Shown here: piece after piece, positions 9,404-19,251 of the stretch | How the letters are laid out: each line of letters starts with the position of its first letter | Position numbering within the stretch: position 1 is the stretch's first letter | Source: Candidatus Omnitrophota bacterium | Lineage (GTDB): Bacteria > Omnitrophota > Gorgyraeia > Duberdicusellales > 4484-171 | Length of the DNA: 64,000 nt | Reading direction: 5' to 3' | NCBI GenBank assembly: GCA_043815185.1 | Contig: JBDRJF010000001.1 | Location: 11,801 to 75,800 of the forward strand | The notes under the pieces: model-generated | The model's database searches: none | What the model saw: only the letters and a program-made list of their open reading frames with translations | What the model was told of the DNA's origin: nothing | Position numbers and translations under genes: made by a program

Positions 9404-10654
9404 TTACAAATATTTCCTAGGATCAGCAATCTTACCTTTTATCGCCGAGGCCACGACTGTCGCCGGTGAAGCAAGATAAATAAAACTCTTAGGGTTTCCC
9501 ATCCGTCCTTTGAAATTCCGATTAGCTGTAGAAATTGTCACCTCTTTGTCGGCCGGTACCCCTTGGTGTGTCCCCACACAAGGGCCACAGCCAACCGGCA
9601 AGATGATTGCTCCGGCTTCAATAAATACTTTTATTATACCTTTGCGTAAAGCCGTTAAAAAAATCTCCCTTGAAGCCGGCGCGACTAACAATTTGATGTC
9701 CCTGTGCACCTTTTTGCCTTTTATAATTTTAGCTCCAATTTCTAAATCCTCTAAGCGGCCGTTAGTGCAGGTACCTAAGAAAGCCTGATTAATCTTTAGG
9801 CCTTCAACTTCTTCAACAGAAGCTCCATTATCTACAGAGTGTGGTTTCGCTACCTGTGGTGACAGTTTAGACAAATCAAACTCAATCTCTTGCTCGTAAG
9901 TACAATTCCTATCAGGATAAACCGGCTGGTATTTTCTTCTCAGGCGTTTTTTAAGAAATGTTAAAACTTTTTTATCCGCTGCGATTAAGCCGCACTTGGC
10001 ACCAAACTCAATAGTCATATTAGTGATAGTAAATCTTGCATCTAGAGATAATTCTTCGATCACCTGGCCAGAAAACTCTACCGACTTATAAGTTGCCCCG
10101 TTAGCGCCTAGATTATTGATAATGTTGAGAATAATATCCTTACTGTAAACTCCCTTGGGTAGCTTACCCTTGATAATTATTTTTTGAGTCGGGGGAACTT
10201 TGAACCAGTTCTTGCCGGTAGTAAGGGTAACAGCCAAATCAGTAGAACCAACTCCCAAGCTGGCCGCACCGATTGCTCCGGCAGTTGAGGTATGAGAATC
10301 AGCCCCCAGGATAAGTGCTCCCGGCCAGGCAAACCCCTGCTCAATTACTAACTGGTGGGATATTCCGCAACCGACATCGAAGAATAAATTTTTATTTTTT
10401 TTTGCAAACTTACGCATCCGGGAGTGAATTCGCGATACTCCCAGATTCGGAGAGGGGCTACTGTGATCAATGAACATAGCGTATTTTTCAGGTTTAAGAA
10501 GAGTTTTTTTTGCTGCACTAATGCTGTCCAAAACCAAAGAAGTTGTTCCGTCCTGAGAAAAACAAAAATCAACTTTACATATCCCTACATCCTGTGCACG
10601 CAAAGAACAGTTTGCATGGCGTGAAAGTATCTTTTCGATTATTGTCTTAGGCAT
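9404..10654 (-). CDS. leuC: 3-isopropylmalate/homoaconitate dehydratase large subunit (archaeal-type, ~420 aa)
   Basis: Aconitase-family Fe-S ligand motifs (GTCTNG, VGCGPCVG) and the short archaeal-type LeuC/HACN architecture. Confidence 0.8.
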   Translation of the reverse strand: MPKTIIEKILSRHANCSLRAQDVGICKVDFCFSQDGTTSLVLDSISAAKKTLLKPEKYAMFIDHSSPSPNLGVSRIHSRMRKFAKKNKNLFFDVGCGISHQLVIEQGFAWPGALILGADSHTSTAGAIGAASLGVGSTDLAVTLTTGKNWFKVPPTQKIIIKGKLPKGVYSKDIILNIINNLGANGATYKSVEFSGQVIEELSLDARFTITNMTIEFGAKCGLIAADKKVLTFLKKRLRRKYQPVYPDRNCTYEQEIEFDLSKLSPQVAKPHSVDNGASVEEVEGLKINQAFLGTCTNGRLEDLEIGAKIIKGKKVHRDIKLLVAPASREIFLTALRKGIIKVFIEAGAIILPVGCGPCVGTHQGVPADKEVTISTANRNFKGRMGNPKSFIYLASPATVVASAIKGKIADPRKYL

Positions 10655-10669
10655 AGCTTAAATATCTAG

Positions 10670-11824
10670 TTACAACTCTCTTAAGAACTTTTCGATTCGC
10701 TCAATACCCTTGGCAATTTGCTCCAGGGAAGTTGAGAAACTAAAACGCACATATCCCTCTTGCCCAAAAGCATCGGCAGGTATACAAGAAATAAGCGCCT
10801 CTTCTAACAGTTTAGCCGCAAAATCAAAAGATTTCATTCCAGTTCTGCGGATATCGCAAAACATATAAAACGTACCTTGCGGCTTAATCGGTTCCAATTC
10901 ACTAAACGCCGATAAACCTTCCCATAAAACATCACGCCTCTTCTGAAATTTACTCCTTATTTCGTCTTGCCACTGATCGTTACCAAAAGCAGCTAGAGCC
11001 GCACTCTGAGATATGGAGGATGCACAAGAAGTAGTGTGGTCGATTATTTTTGAAGCCTGATCAATTATTTTCTGATCCCCTGCTAAATAACCAATGCGCC
11101 AACCGGTCATCGAAAATGTCTTTGAAAAACCATTTATAGTTATAGTTGAACTGAATGCCTCCGGTAAAGCGGCAAAACTTACGTGTTTGCGGCCATCATA
11201 AGTCAAAACTTCATAGATCTCGTCACTAAGAACAAAAATATTGTTCTCTTTAACTACTTTTAAAATATCCTCTAATTCCTGGCCGGAATAAGTTGCTCCG
11301 GTAGGGTTACTGGGATAGTTCAGAATTAAAAGCTTAGTTTTAGCGGTTATAACTTTTTTTAACTCTTCCTTATCAATCTTGAAGTTATCTGACCTCTTAG
11401 TAGGCAAGAACACTGCTTTTGCCCTGATTAACTTAACGATCTGTGGGTAACTTACCCAGTAAGGCGCAGGAATTATTACCTCATCACCGGGCGAGAGGAG
11501 GGTAAACATAGCGGCAAATATTGCATATTTTGCCCCTGAGGTAACAATTATATTGTTAGCTGAGGCATTTATCTTATTTTCCCGCTGTAACTTAGCAGCT
11601 ATTGCTTCTTTTAACTCAACTCTTCCGGCTGAAGGGGTATACTTGGTAAGCCCTTTATCGATGGCGGCTTTAGCTGCATCTTTTATAAAAAAAGGAGTAT
11701 CAAAGTCTGGCTCGCCAGCAGCAAAATTTATAACATCTTTGCCTTCGCTGATTAATTTCTTGGTTAGGGCAGTTATTTTTAAGGTAGCTGACTTATCAAG
11801 CGACGCAACATGAGGGTTGATCAT
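10670..11824 (-). CDS. Class I PLP-dependent aminotransferase (aspartate aminotransferase-like)
   Basis: 384 aa with NPTG, the SKTFSMTGWRIGY lysine region and a typical AAT-I fold. Confidence 0.8.
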   Translation of the reverse strand: MINPHVASLDKSATLKITALTKKLISEGKDVINFAAGEPDFDTPFFIKDAAKAAIDKGLTKYTPSAGRVELKEAIAAKLQRENKINASANNIIVTSGAKYAIFAAMFTLLSPGDEVIIPAPYWVSYPQIVKLIRAKAVFLPTKRSDNFKIDKEELKKVITAKTKLLILNYPSNPTGATYSGQELEDILKVVKENNIFVLSDEIYEVLTYDGRKHVSFAALPEAFSSTITINGFSKTFSMTGWRIGYLAGDQKIIDQASKIIDHTTSCASSISQSAALAAFGNDQWQDEIRSKFQKRRDVLWEGLSAFSELEPIKPQGTFYMFCDIRRTGMKSFDFAAKLLEEALISCIPADAFGQEGYVRFSFSTSLEQIAKGIERIEKFLREL

Positions 11825-11876
11825 TGTTATCCTCCCTTATCAACTATTATTCCAATGTTAAACACCTACCGCGTTT

Positions 11877-12413
11877 CTAAAGAGCATCTCTTTCTTTTTT
11901 AAAGATCTTTCTTACTCCAGAAACAAACCCCTTTTTAGGTTTTTCAACTTTCTTGGGAGGAATTTTTTCTTGCTTTTCTTCTGTAGGGATTTCCACACTC
12001 TCAGTATCTTTAAGCTTGCCCCCGCTAATCTTTTTCTTATTCACCTTCTCTTTCTTTACAATCTTTGTTAACTCAATAAGGGAAAGGGAAGCTCCATCAC
12101 CCTTACGGTTACTCACCCGCAATGTCCGGGTATACCCACCATTTATACCTTTAAAAAGTGGCCCGATATCATCAAAAAGCCTCTTTACCAAAACATGGTC
12201 TTCCAAGAGACGATAGACTAGGCGCTTACTGGATAAAGTTCCTTTTTTAGCCCAAGTAATCAGTTTGTCAATTTGACCTCTTAGATATTTAGCCCGAGAG
12301 GTGGTCGTAATTATCCGCTCATTGATAACCAGAGCTCTGATCAACGATTTAACCAAAGCTTTCTTCTGGGCCTGTGGACGCGAGAGTCTTTCGCTTTTCT
12401 TTCTGTGTCTCAT
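11877..12413 (-). CDS. rplQ: 50S ribosomal protein L17 with ~60 aa lysine-rich C-terminal extension
   Basis: L17 core (RHRKK...GYTRTLR) followed by a KKEKVNKKK... tail. Last gene of the alpha operon. Confidence 0.9.
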   Translation of the reverse strand: MRHRKKSERLSRPQAQKKALVKSLIRALVINERIITTTSRAKYLRGQIDKLITWAKKGTLSSKRLVYRLLEDHVLVKRLFDDIGPLFKGINGGYTRTLRVSNRKGDGASLSLIELTKIVKKEKVNKKKISGGKLKDTESVEIPTEEKQEKIPPKKVEKPKKGFVSGVRKIFKKERDAL

Positions 12414-13396
12414 GTTATATTCAGCTTATTCCGATCGATTTTTGTTCCCAAAGAAAGCCCCATGGTCTTAAGAAGCGCCGTAACTTCATTTAGAGACTTC
12501 TTACCGAAGTTTCTGTAAGCTAGAATCTCCGGCTCGGTCTTCTCTACCAAATCAACCAGAGTCTTAATATCCGCCTCTCGTAAGCAATTATTGCTCCGTA
12601 CCGATAACTCCAGTTCAGAAACTGGAAGCTTCAACTTCTCGTAAAGAGAAACCTCTTCCGGGGTCAAATCTTCATACTCTTCTTCGGGAAGCTCACCAAG
12701 TGTGAAGAAAAGTTCTAAGTGCTTGTTCATCGCCTTTGCCGCATAGATTAAAGCTTCTTTGGGTTCAATACTGGCATTAGTAAAAATTTCTAAAATTAAC
12801 TTGTCATAGTCGGTTCGTTTACCTACGCGGGTATTTTCGACCTTAAAAGCTACTCGCTTAACTGGAGTAAAAATCGAATCAACGGGAATAATCCCCAAAG
12901 GCATTCCTTCACGTTTATTAACCTCGGCCGGAACAAACCCTCGCCCCCTACCTACTTCCATCTCAATATTGAGTTTGGCTTTCTTTGAAGTAATGGTAAC
13001 GATATGCAAATCGGGATTTATGACTTCTATGGTTTCGTCGGTTATTATATCTTTCGCCTTTATTTCCTTAACACCTTCTTCCTTGATATAAATCTTTTTG
13101 GGAGAACGTGAATAAGACCGTAGAACAAGATTCTTGATATTCATAATAATCTCCGGGATATCCTCTAAAACTCCTTCTATAGCTGAAAACTCATGAGATA
13201 CTCCGTCTATTTTTACTGAAGTTACTGCAGCACCCTCGATTGAAGAAAGGAGAACTCTCCTTAAAGTATTGCCTAAAGTTACCCCGTAACCTCTCTCCAG
13301 TGGCTCAGCTATAACAATACCATAGTCTGGCCTATATGACTCTTGGTCAACTACTATTCGCTTAGGAAATTGAAAATCCCGCCAGGTTATCCCCAT
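12410..13396 (-). CDS. rpoA: DNA-directed RNA polymerase alpha subunit
   Basis: 328 aa with NTD and CTD motifs, positioned between rpsD and rplQ. Confidence 0.93.
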   Translation of the reverse strand: MGITWRDFQFPKRIVVDQESYRPDYGIVIAEPLERGYGVTLGNTLRRVLLSSIEGAAVTSVKIDGVSHEFSAIEGVLEDIPEIIMNIKNLVLRSYSRSPKKIYIKEEGVKEIKAKDIITDETIEVINPDLHIVTITSKKAKLNIEMEVGRGRGFVPAEVNKREGMPLGIIPVDSIFTPVKRVAFKVENTRVGKRTDYDKLILEIFTNASIEPKEALIYAAKAMNKHLELFFTLGELPEEEYEDLTPEEVSLYEKLKLPVSELELSVRSNNCLREADIKTLVDLVEKTEPEILAYRNFGKKSLNEVTALLKTMGLSLGTKIDRNKLNIT

Positions 13397-13415
13397 CGTT
13401 TACCTCCTCAATGAT

Positions 13416-13456
13416 CCGCCTTAGGCGGAGAATTGATACTAAAGGCATGAAATGCC
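13416..13456 (-). promoter_or_regulatory. Two short hairpins (CCGCCttaGGCGG; GGCATgaaATGCC) in rpsD-rpoA spacer just upstream of rpoA RBS
   Basis: Perfect inverted repeats visible in the sequence with no U-tract, so not a classic terminator. Possible processing or regulatory structure. Confidence 0.3.
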
Positions 13457-13479
13457 CGAAGTATCTTTATTTTTTCTAT

Positions 13480-14112
13480 CTACTTAGAATAAAGCTCCAC
13501 GATTAATTGCTCATCAACTGCGATAGCTAAATCTTCTTTTTCCGGAAGGCGTATAATCTTTATCTTAAGATTATTCTTATCGGCTTGCATCCAGGTAGGA
13601 ACACTTCTTTCTTTTGAGTTTATCTCAATACCTTCCTTTAAACTTGTTTTTAAACTGTCTTTTGCTCTTATCTCCAGAGTTTGGCCTTCCTTAACTGTAT
13701 ATGACGGTATATTTACTCTCTTCCCGTCAATAAACACAAACCCATGCTGTGCTATTTGCCGGGCATGGTTGCGTGAAAAGGCAAAAAGTGCACGGTAAAT
13801 AACATTATCTAATCGTCTCTCTAGCAATTGGATTAATACTCTACCGGTAACTCCCCGGGTTTTATTGGCCATCGCAAAAAATCGCTTAAACTGTCTCTCG
13901 AGCATACCATACATTCTCTTTACCTTCTGCTTCTCTCTTAGCTGTAAACCATAGTTGCTTGGTTTTGACCGAAATCGGCGGGTAGAAGTCCCTGGAGGTG
14001 TCGGACGCTTAGCGAATGCGCACTTTTCTGTTATGCATCTAGGCCCTTTTAAAAATAACTTCGCTCCGGATCTACGGCATAATCGACATTTTGCATCGAC
14101 ATATCTTCCCAT
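13480..14112 (-). CDS. rpsD: 30S ribosomal protein S4
   Basis: 210 aa with an N-terminal Zn-ribbon-like CRLCRR and an S4 domain. Confidence 0.93.
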   Translation of the reverse strand: MGRYVDAKCRLCRRSGAKLFLKGPRCITEKCAFAKRPTPPGTSTRRFRSKPSNYGLQLREKQKVKRMYGMLERQFKRFFAMANKTRGVTGRVLIQLLERRLDNVIYRALFAFSRNHARQIAQHGFVFIDGKRVNIPSYTVKEGQTLEIRAKDSLKTSLKEGIEINSKERSVPTWMQADKNNLKIKIIRLPEKEDLAIAVDEQLIVELYSK

Positions 14113-14196
14113 CTTTATCTTTTCTCCTAATTTACCTGATTGTGCTTAAAACTTACTTGTGCCCGTGAGGGTATAATTTACGATTTAAAACTGCTA

Positions 14197-14589
14197 TTAG
14201 ACTCTCCGCTTCTTCTTCGGTCTACATCCATTATGCGGCATAGGAGTAATATCTTTTATTTTTTTCACGCTTAAACCGGCAGCCTGCAAAGACCTAATCG
14301 CTGATTCTCTCCCCGGTCCAGGACCCTTAACTAAGACTTCTAATTCTTTCAATCCCATTTCTCGGGCCTGTTTAGCAGCATTTAAAGAAGCAAGCTGGGC
14401 GGCATAAGGAGTAGATTTTTTAGCTCCTTTAAATCCTACTGCTCCAGCTGAAGACCAAGCTAAAACATTTCCCTTTAAGTCAGCTATTGAAACTATTGTA
14501 TTGTTAAAGGTAGCTTTAATGTAAGCTACCCCGATATTAGATAGCAGTGGACTCTTTTTCTTTCTGTCTTTTTTCTTCTTTTTTGCCAT
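14197..14589 (-). CDS. rpsK: 30S ribosomal protein S11
   Basis: 130 aa S11 with a K-rich N-terminus. Confidence 0.93.
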   Translation of the reverse strand: MAKKKKKDRKKKSPLLSNIGVAYIKATFNNTIVSIADLKGNVLAWSSAGAVGFKGAKKSTPYAAQLASLNAAKQAREMGLKELEVLVKGPGPGRESAIRSLQAAGLSVKKIKDITPMPHNGCRPKKKRRV

Positions 14590-14603
14590 TTTTGCTCCTG
14601 GTA

Positions 14604-14972
14604 TTACTTCTTAATTCCACCCACTCTTGGCTTAGGGCCCTTACGGGTACGGGCGTTGCAGCGAGTACGCTGTCCCCGAACCGGAAGACCTTTTTTGTGC
14701 CGGATACCCCGATAACTGCCTATATCAATTAACCTACGTATATTTTGAGTGTTCTCCCGGCGTAATTCTCCTTCAATTCGATAATGGGACTGGACAAATG
14801 AGGCAATTTGAGAAACCTCTTCTTCACTCAAATCAGAAGCCTTTTTCTCGGGATCAATTCCCACATCATTAAGAATCTTGATCGAATTTGTTGGACCAAT
14901 CCCGTAAATATATCTTAAGGCAATCTTTATCTTCTTGTCTTTAGGAATGTCTACACCGAAAATTCTTGGCAT
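14604..14972 (-). CDS. rpsM: 30S ribosomal protein S13
   Basis: 122 aa ([10 protein letters not shown]...). Confidence 0.93.
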   Translation of the reverse strand: MPRIFGVDIPKDKKIKIALRYIYGIGPTNSIKILNDVGIDPEKKASDLSEEEVSQIASFVQSHYRIEGELRRENTQNIRRLIDIGSYRGIRHKKGLPVRGQRTRCNARTRKGPKPRVGGIKK

Positions 14973-15062
14973 TTCAACCTCACTTTGTTCATTCAGTTTT
15001 CAAAAGTCAGATGGCAGATGTCATAAATCAGATCTTCTATCATCTGTTTTCTGTCTTCTGAA

Positions 15063-15176
15063 TCAACCCTGTCTTTGCTTATGCTTAGGATTTTTACAAA
15101 TAACCCTTACAATCTTCTTTCTCTTTATTATCTTGCATTTATCACAAATTCTCTTAACTGACGCTTTAACTTTCAT
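15063..15176 (-). CDS. rpmJ: 50S ribosomal protein L36 (37 aa; missed by ORF track)
   Basis: Reverse-complement translation gives [37 protein letters not shown], the canonical L36 zinc ribbon, lying between infA and rpsM. Confidence 0.9.
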   Translation of the reverse strand: MKVKASVKRICDKCKIIKRKKIVRVICKNPKHKQRQG

Positions 15177-15256
15177 CTTTTCAATTCCACTAGTTTACCT
15201 TGTTCTATTTACGTATTCCTTTTTCCTAACCTTTCTATTTTAGATATTACTTCCGA

Positions 15257-15316
15257 ATGGATACAATATTGGTTGAGGATTGGCTTCAACCGCTCGCTTC
15301 GCGAGATTGCATACAT
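15257..15316 (+). repeat. Paired-palindrome repeat element, copy B (ATGGATACAATATT...GGTTGAGGattggCTTCAACC...CTCGCttcGCGAG...ATTGCATACAT)
   Basis: Collinear with copy A1 at 3072-3133 in the flanking words, both palindromes and the tail. Located in the infA-rpmJ spacer. Confidence 0.7.
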
Positions 15317-15338
15317 TGTAATCAGCCTCTTCTAATAT

Positions 15339-15557
15339 CTATTTCTCGCGATAAGTTATTCTTCCTCGGGTTAAATCGTAAGGAGAAAGCTCTAGTTTCA
15401 CCTTGTCGCCGGGAAGAATCCTGATAAAATGCATTCGCATCTTACCTGAAACATGAGCCAGAACAATATGCCCATTCTCTAGTTTTACCCTAAACATTGC
15501 ATTTGGTAAAGCTTCTACGATCTCACCTTCAACCGCGATCAATTCTTCTTTTGTCAT
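15339..15557 (-). CDS. infA: Translation initiation factor IF-1
   Basis: 72 aa S1-like OB fold ([13 protein letters not shown]). Confidence 0.93.
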   Translation of the reverse strand: MTKEELIAVEGEIVEALPNAMFRVKLENGHIVLAHVSGKMRMHFIRILPGDKVKLELSPYDLTRGRITYREK

Positions 15558-15602
15558 TATTTATTTTTGATAACGGACAGGGACAAGCCCTGCCCCTACA
15601 TG

Positions 15603-16352
15603 CTATTGTGTTAGTACCCAAGACCCATTTTTGGTTACTGCTATAGTATGCTCGAAGTGAGCGGTTAAAGAATTATCTTTGGTCTTGGCGGTCCAGCCAT
15701 CGCTTAGGATATCCACTTCGGAACTACCAACTGAAACCATTGGTTCAACAGCAATAACACAACCTTCGAACAATTCAGCTCCCTTACCGGCTTCGCCAAA
15801 ATTAGGAACTTCCGGTGGCAAATGCAAGCTCCGGCCTATTCCGTGGCCTACGAATCTACGAATCACTGAAAAGCCGTTTTTTTCAACGCCTTTCTGAATA
15901 GCTGAACTCAAGTCTCCCACTCTCCGGCCGGGTTTTATTCGCATTATCCCTTGTCTCAGTGATTGCCGGGTAACTTTTACTAACCTTCTGGCCAAAAGGG
16001 AAGCTTTACCTATAATATAGGTATAAGCAGCATCCACAAACAAGCCTTTGTACCTAATCCCCAAATCTACACTCACTATGTCTCCATCGTTAACTACTCG
16101 TTGAGAAGGAATTCCATGGATTATTTCTTCATTAACCGAGACACAACATGAGGCCGGATAACCCCTATACCCCTTAAAGGCTGCTTCCATTCCCGGATAC
16201 TTAATAATTTCACTCTCAAAGAACTCTTCAATATTTTTTGTTAAGATTCCCGGCCGTATAAAGCCGTTTAGTTTCTTTAAAACTGCTGACGCCACCCGGC
16301 CAGCCTTCCGCATTGTTAATAATTCTTGGCGGCTCAAAGACCCATTCATCAC
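15603..16352 (-). CDS. map: Methionine aminopeptidase type I
   Basis: 249 aa with metal-ligand motifs (D..D, H, E, E) in pita-bread fold order. Confidence 0.9.
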   Translation of the reverse strand: MMNGSLSRQELLTMRKAGRVASAVLKKLNGFIRPGILTKNIEEFFESEIIKYPGMEAAFKGYRGYPASCCVSVNEEIIHGIPSQRVVNDGDIVSVDLGIRYKGLFVDAAYTYIIGKASLLARRLVKVTRQSLRQGIMRIKPGRRVGDLSSAIQKGVEKNGFSVIRRFVGHGIGRSLHLPPEVPNFGEAGKGAELFEGCVIAVEPMVSVGSSEVDILSDGWTAKTKDNSLTAHFEHTIAVTKNGSWVLTQ

Positions 16353-16975
16353 AGTTTATTTTTTATTCTTTCAAAGACCTCTTTAATCTTTCCTTGACCG
16401 TCAACTTTAATTAGTTTATCTTTCTTCTGGTAAAAATCCAAAACTTTACTAGCTTCCTGAGAAAATACCTGCCAACGGGTTTTTATGACTTCCGGGTCAT
16501 CATCATCTCTCTGTGTTAACTCGCTGCCGCATTTATCGCAGATACCGGCATTCTTTGAAGGCAGGCTCACTAAATGATAGTTAGCCCCGCAAGATTTGCA
16601 AACCCTTCTGTTAGAAAGACGGTCAACTATTGTCTGCTGATCAATATCCAAATAAATAACAACATCTACATCGCTATTGTTTTTATTTAAAATTTCATCC
16701 AGTTTTTTAGCCTGGTTTAGGTTTCGCGGATAGCCATCAAGCAGAAACCCTTCTTGACCAATATTCTCTTCAATCACCCGGGAAACTAACTCATCAGGAA
16801 CCAAAGCGCCTCGTTCCATATAGTTCTTCACTTCCTGGCCTAGGTTACTCTCCTTTTTAACCTCTTCTCTTAAAATGTCTCCCAATGATATTTTCCTGAT
16901 ACTTAAGGAGCCTGCTAACAGCATTGCCTGCGTACCCTTGCCTGAACCGGGTGAACCAAAAAGAATTACCCGCAT
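16349..16975 (-). CDS. adk: Adenylate kinase (Zn-lid type)
   Basis: Start taken at MRVILFGSPGSGKGTQ. Lid CxxC...CxxC (CKSCG...CDKCG). Confidence 0.9.
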   Translation of the reverse strand: MRVILFGSPGSGKGTQAMLLAGSLSIRKISLGDILREEVKKESNLGQEVKNYMERGALVPDELVSRVIEENIGQEGFLLDGYPRNLNQAKKLDEILNKNNSDVDVVIYLDIDQQTIVDRLSNRRVCKSCGANYHLVSLPSKNAGICDKCGSELTQRDDDDPEVIKTRWQVFSQEASKVLDFYQKKDKLIKVDGQGKIKEVFERIKNKL

Positions 16976-16976
16976 C

Positions 16977-18332
16977 TTATTTTCTCCCCTTAAGGGTACT
17001 ACCTTTAATAAAACCGTCGTAATTACGGACCAGCAACTGTCCTTCAATCTGTTTCATGGTGTCCAAAATCACCCCAACCATAATTAAAAGGGTAGTTCCG
17101 CCAAAAAGTGAAGCCAGAGCATAAGAAGGTACCTTAAACATATACATAACAATGTTGGGAAAGATGGCAATAAAACCAATATAAATCGCACCAATAAAAA
17201 CAATTCGCGAGGCTACAAAGTCAAGATAATTTGCCGTAGGCCGCCCTGGTCTTATTCCGGGGATAAACCCTCCGTATTTTTTCAAATTATTAGCTATTTC
17301 TAAAGGATTAAATACCATGGCAGTATAGAAATACATAAAAAACATAATCAAAGCAACAAAAATGAGATTGTACCACACTCCTCTTTGCTGAACTATCATC
17401 TGCAAGAAACTAAGAAACCCTCCCTTTTGGCGAAAAAACATTAATATTGTAGCTGGAAAGGAAATAAGGGCACTGGCGAAAATTATTGCGATTACCCCTG
17501 ACATATCTATTTTTATCGGTAAATAAGTACTCTGGCCGCCGTAAACACGCCTACCGACAACTCTTTTACCGTATTGAATCGGGATTCTCCGCTGAGCCTG
17601 AGTAAAGAGGACTACTGCTGTAATCATTGCAAAAAGTAAGACTACCAAGGCAATTATTATCGGAGTAGGAATCTGCCGCTTGGAAGGGTCAAAAGGAGAG
17701 TAAAGTATCCAAAGTTGGCTTAACGAAGAAGGGATACGTGAAATAATACTGGTAGTAATGATTATTGATATCCCATTACCAATACCTCTCTCCTGGATTT
17801 GTTCTCCTAACCACATAACAAAGATTGTCCCACAAGTTAAGGTAAGTATAGTTATTAGCTTAAACACTAAACCGGGGTTAGGAACTATGATAATATTATT
17901 AAAATTCGCCGGATTTTCCAGCCATAACGACAAGAATAATCCCTGAACCGCGCATAATGCAAAGGTAAGATATCTGGTATATTGGTTTATCTTTTCATAA
18001 CCGGCCTTACCTTCTTTAGCAATCCGCTCAAGAGCTGGCAAGACTCCGGTAAGAAGCTGCATAATAATTGATGCTGAAATATAAGGCATGATCCCTAAAG
18101 AAAAGATGCTCAAACGAGTTAGAGCCCCACCGGTAAAAAGATTAACCATACCCAAGAGGCCCTGGCCTTGGGTTTTAGCAAGATTATCAAAAAATTGGGT
18201 CAAAGCAAAAGTATCTACCCCGGCAGTAGGAATAAAACAGCCGGCACGATAGACAATCAACAACGACAAGGTTATAAAAATCTTCCGCCTTAACTCCCTT
18301 ATCTGAAATATATTACTTATCGACCCAAACAC
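16977..18332 (-). CDS. secY: Preprotein translocase SecY
   Basis: 451 aa, 10 TM segments, SecY family. Confidence 0.93.
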   Translation of the reverse strand: MFGSISNIFQIRELRRKIFITLSLLIVYRAGCFIPTAGVDTFALTQFFDNLAKTQGQGLLGMVNLFTGGALTRLSIFSLGIMPYISASIIMQLLTGVLPALERIAKEGKAGYEKINQYTRYLTFALCAVQGLFLSLWLENPANFNNIIIVPNPGLVFKLITILTLTCGTIFVMWLGEQIQERGIGNGISIIITTSIISRIPSSLSQLWILYSPFDPSKRQIPTPIIIALVVLLFAMITAVVLFTQAQRRIPIQYGKRVVGRRVYGGQSTYLPIKIDMSGVIAIIFASALISFPATILMFFRQKGGFLSFLQMIVQQRGVWYNLIFVALIMFFMYFYTAMVFNPLEIANNLKKYGGFIPGIRPGRPTANYLDFVASRIVFIGAIYIGFIAIFPNIVMYMFKVPSYALASLFGGTTLLIMVGVILDTMKQIEGQLLVRNYDGFIKGSTLKGRK

Positions 18333-18775
18333 TCTATGCGTCCTCCAGCAGCTTCAACCAACTCTTTAGCCTTTGAGGAAATTTTATCTACTTTGATCAC
18401 TAACTTCTTGGATAGCTTTCCTTCCACAACAGCTAAAACCTTAACCGGTTTCTTTTCGTCTTTTATTAAGTTTAGTTTCATTAAAACTTTGGGGTTGACT
18501 TCGTCTCTATCCTTTACCCGCTTCTGGATATCCCTTAAATTAACTATTTGATATTCTGTCTTCCGCAAGGGAGTAAAACCCCGTTTGGGAAGCACTCTGG
18601 CTAAAGGAAGGTTACCGCCTCTAAACCCGGCATAAGGAAGTTTTTTTCCTTTACGCTGACCAGCTCCTTTGTGGCCCCGGCCAGAAGTTTTACCCGTACC
18701 AGTTCCTGTTCCACGACCTAATCGTTTGGGTTTTTTGTTTTTCTTTCCTATTTTTTTAATATTTGACAAATCCAT
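18317..18775 (-). CDS. rplO: 50S ribosomal protein L15
   Basis: 152 aa with a Gly/Arg-rich N-terminus. Confidence 0.9.
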   Translation of the reverse strand: MDLSNIKKIGKKNKKPKRLGRGTGTGTGKTSGRGHKGAGQRKGKKLPYAGFRGGNLPLARVLPKRGFTPLRKTEYQIVNLRDIQKRVKDRDEVNPKVLMKLNLIKDEKKPVKVLAVVEGKLSKKLVIKVDKISSKAKELVEAAGGRIECLGR

Positions 18776-18777
18776 CT

Positions 18778-19251
18778 CTAACCCTTTAAACTCTTTAAGC
18801 CTTCAAACGTTGCTTTAACCACATTTACCGGATTGGTTGAATTTTTTATATTCTTAGTCAAAATATCCTTTATCCCCGCACATTCACAAACTGCCCTTAC
18901 CGGAGAACAAGCAATAACACCGGTTCCTTCTGCTGCTGGTTTAAACAAGATATTAACTGCGCCAAACTTTCCAACTACCTTGTGGGCAATAGTTGTTCCC
19001 TTCTTCTTAATCAGGGTTACTTCCTTTTTGGCCTTATTTATTCCTTTTCGTATAGCATCAGCAACTTCATTAGCTTTACCTAAAGCAAATCCAGCCCGAG
19101 ATTCACCATCCCCTACAACTACTAATGCTGTGAAGCTTAAGTTCTTGCCCCCTTTGGTAACCTTAGTAGTCCGATTGATAAAAAGAACCTTTTCAATAAA
19201 GGCTTCCCCCTTATTTTCTGCTTCTTTGTTCTCGTTCTTTTCGCTCCTCAA
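18778..19251 (-). CDS. rpsE: 30S ribosomal protein S5
   Basis: 157 aa. No L30 gene lies between rpsE and rplO (2 bp gap). Confidence 0.93.
   Translation of the reverse strand: MRSEKNENKEAENKGEAFIEKVLFINRTTKVTKGGKNLSFTALVVVGDGESRAGFALGKANEVADAIRKGINKAKKEVTLIKKKGTTIAHKVVGKFGAVNILFKPAAEGTGVIACSPVRAVCECAGIKDILTKNIKNSTNPVNVVKATFEGLKSLKG

Noticed and set aside
10381-10400. A9/T9 homopolymer inside leuC, and a T8 run at 585-592 inside topA
   Set aside because: Both are in frame and encode Lys-rich peptides (KKNKN / RKKKG). There is no evidence of a frameshift or phase-variation context.
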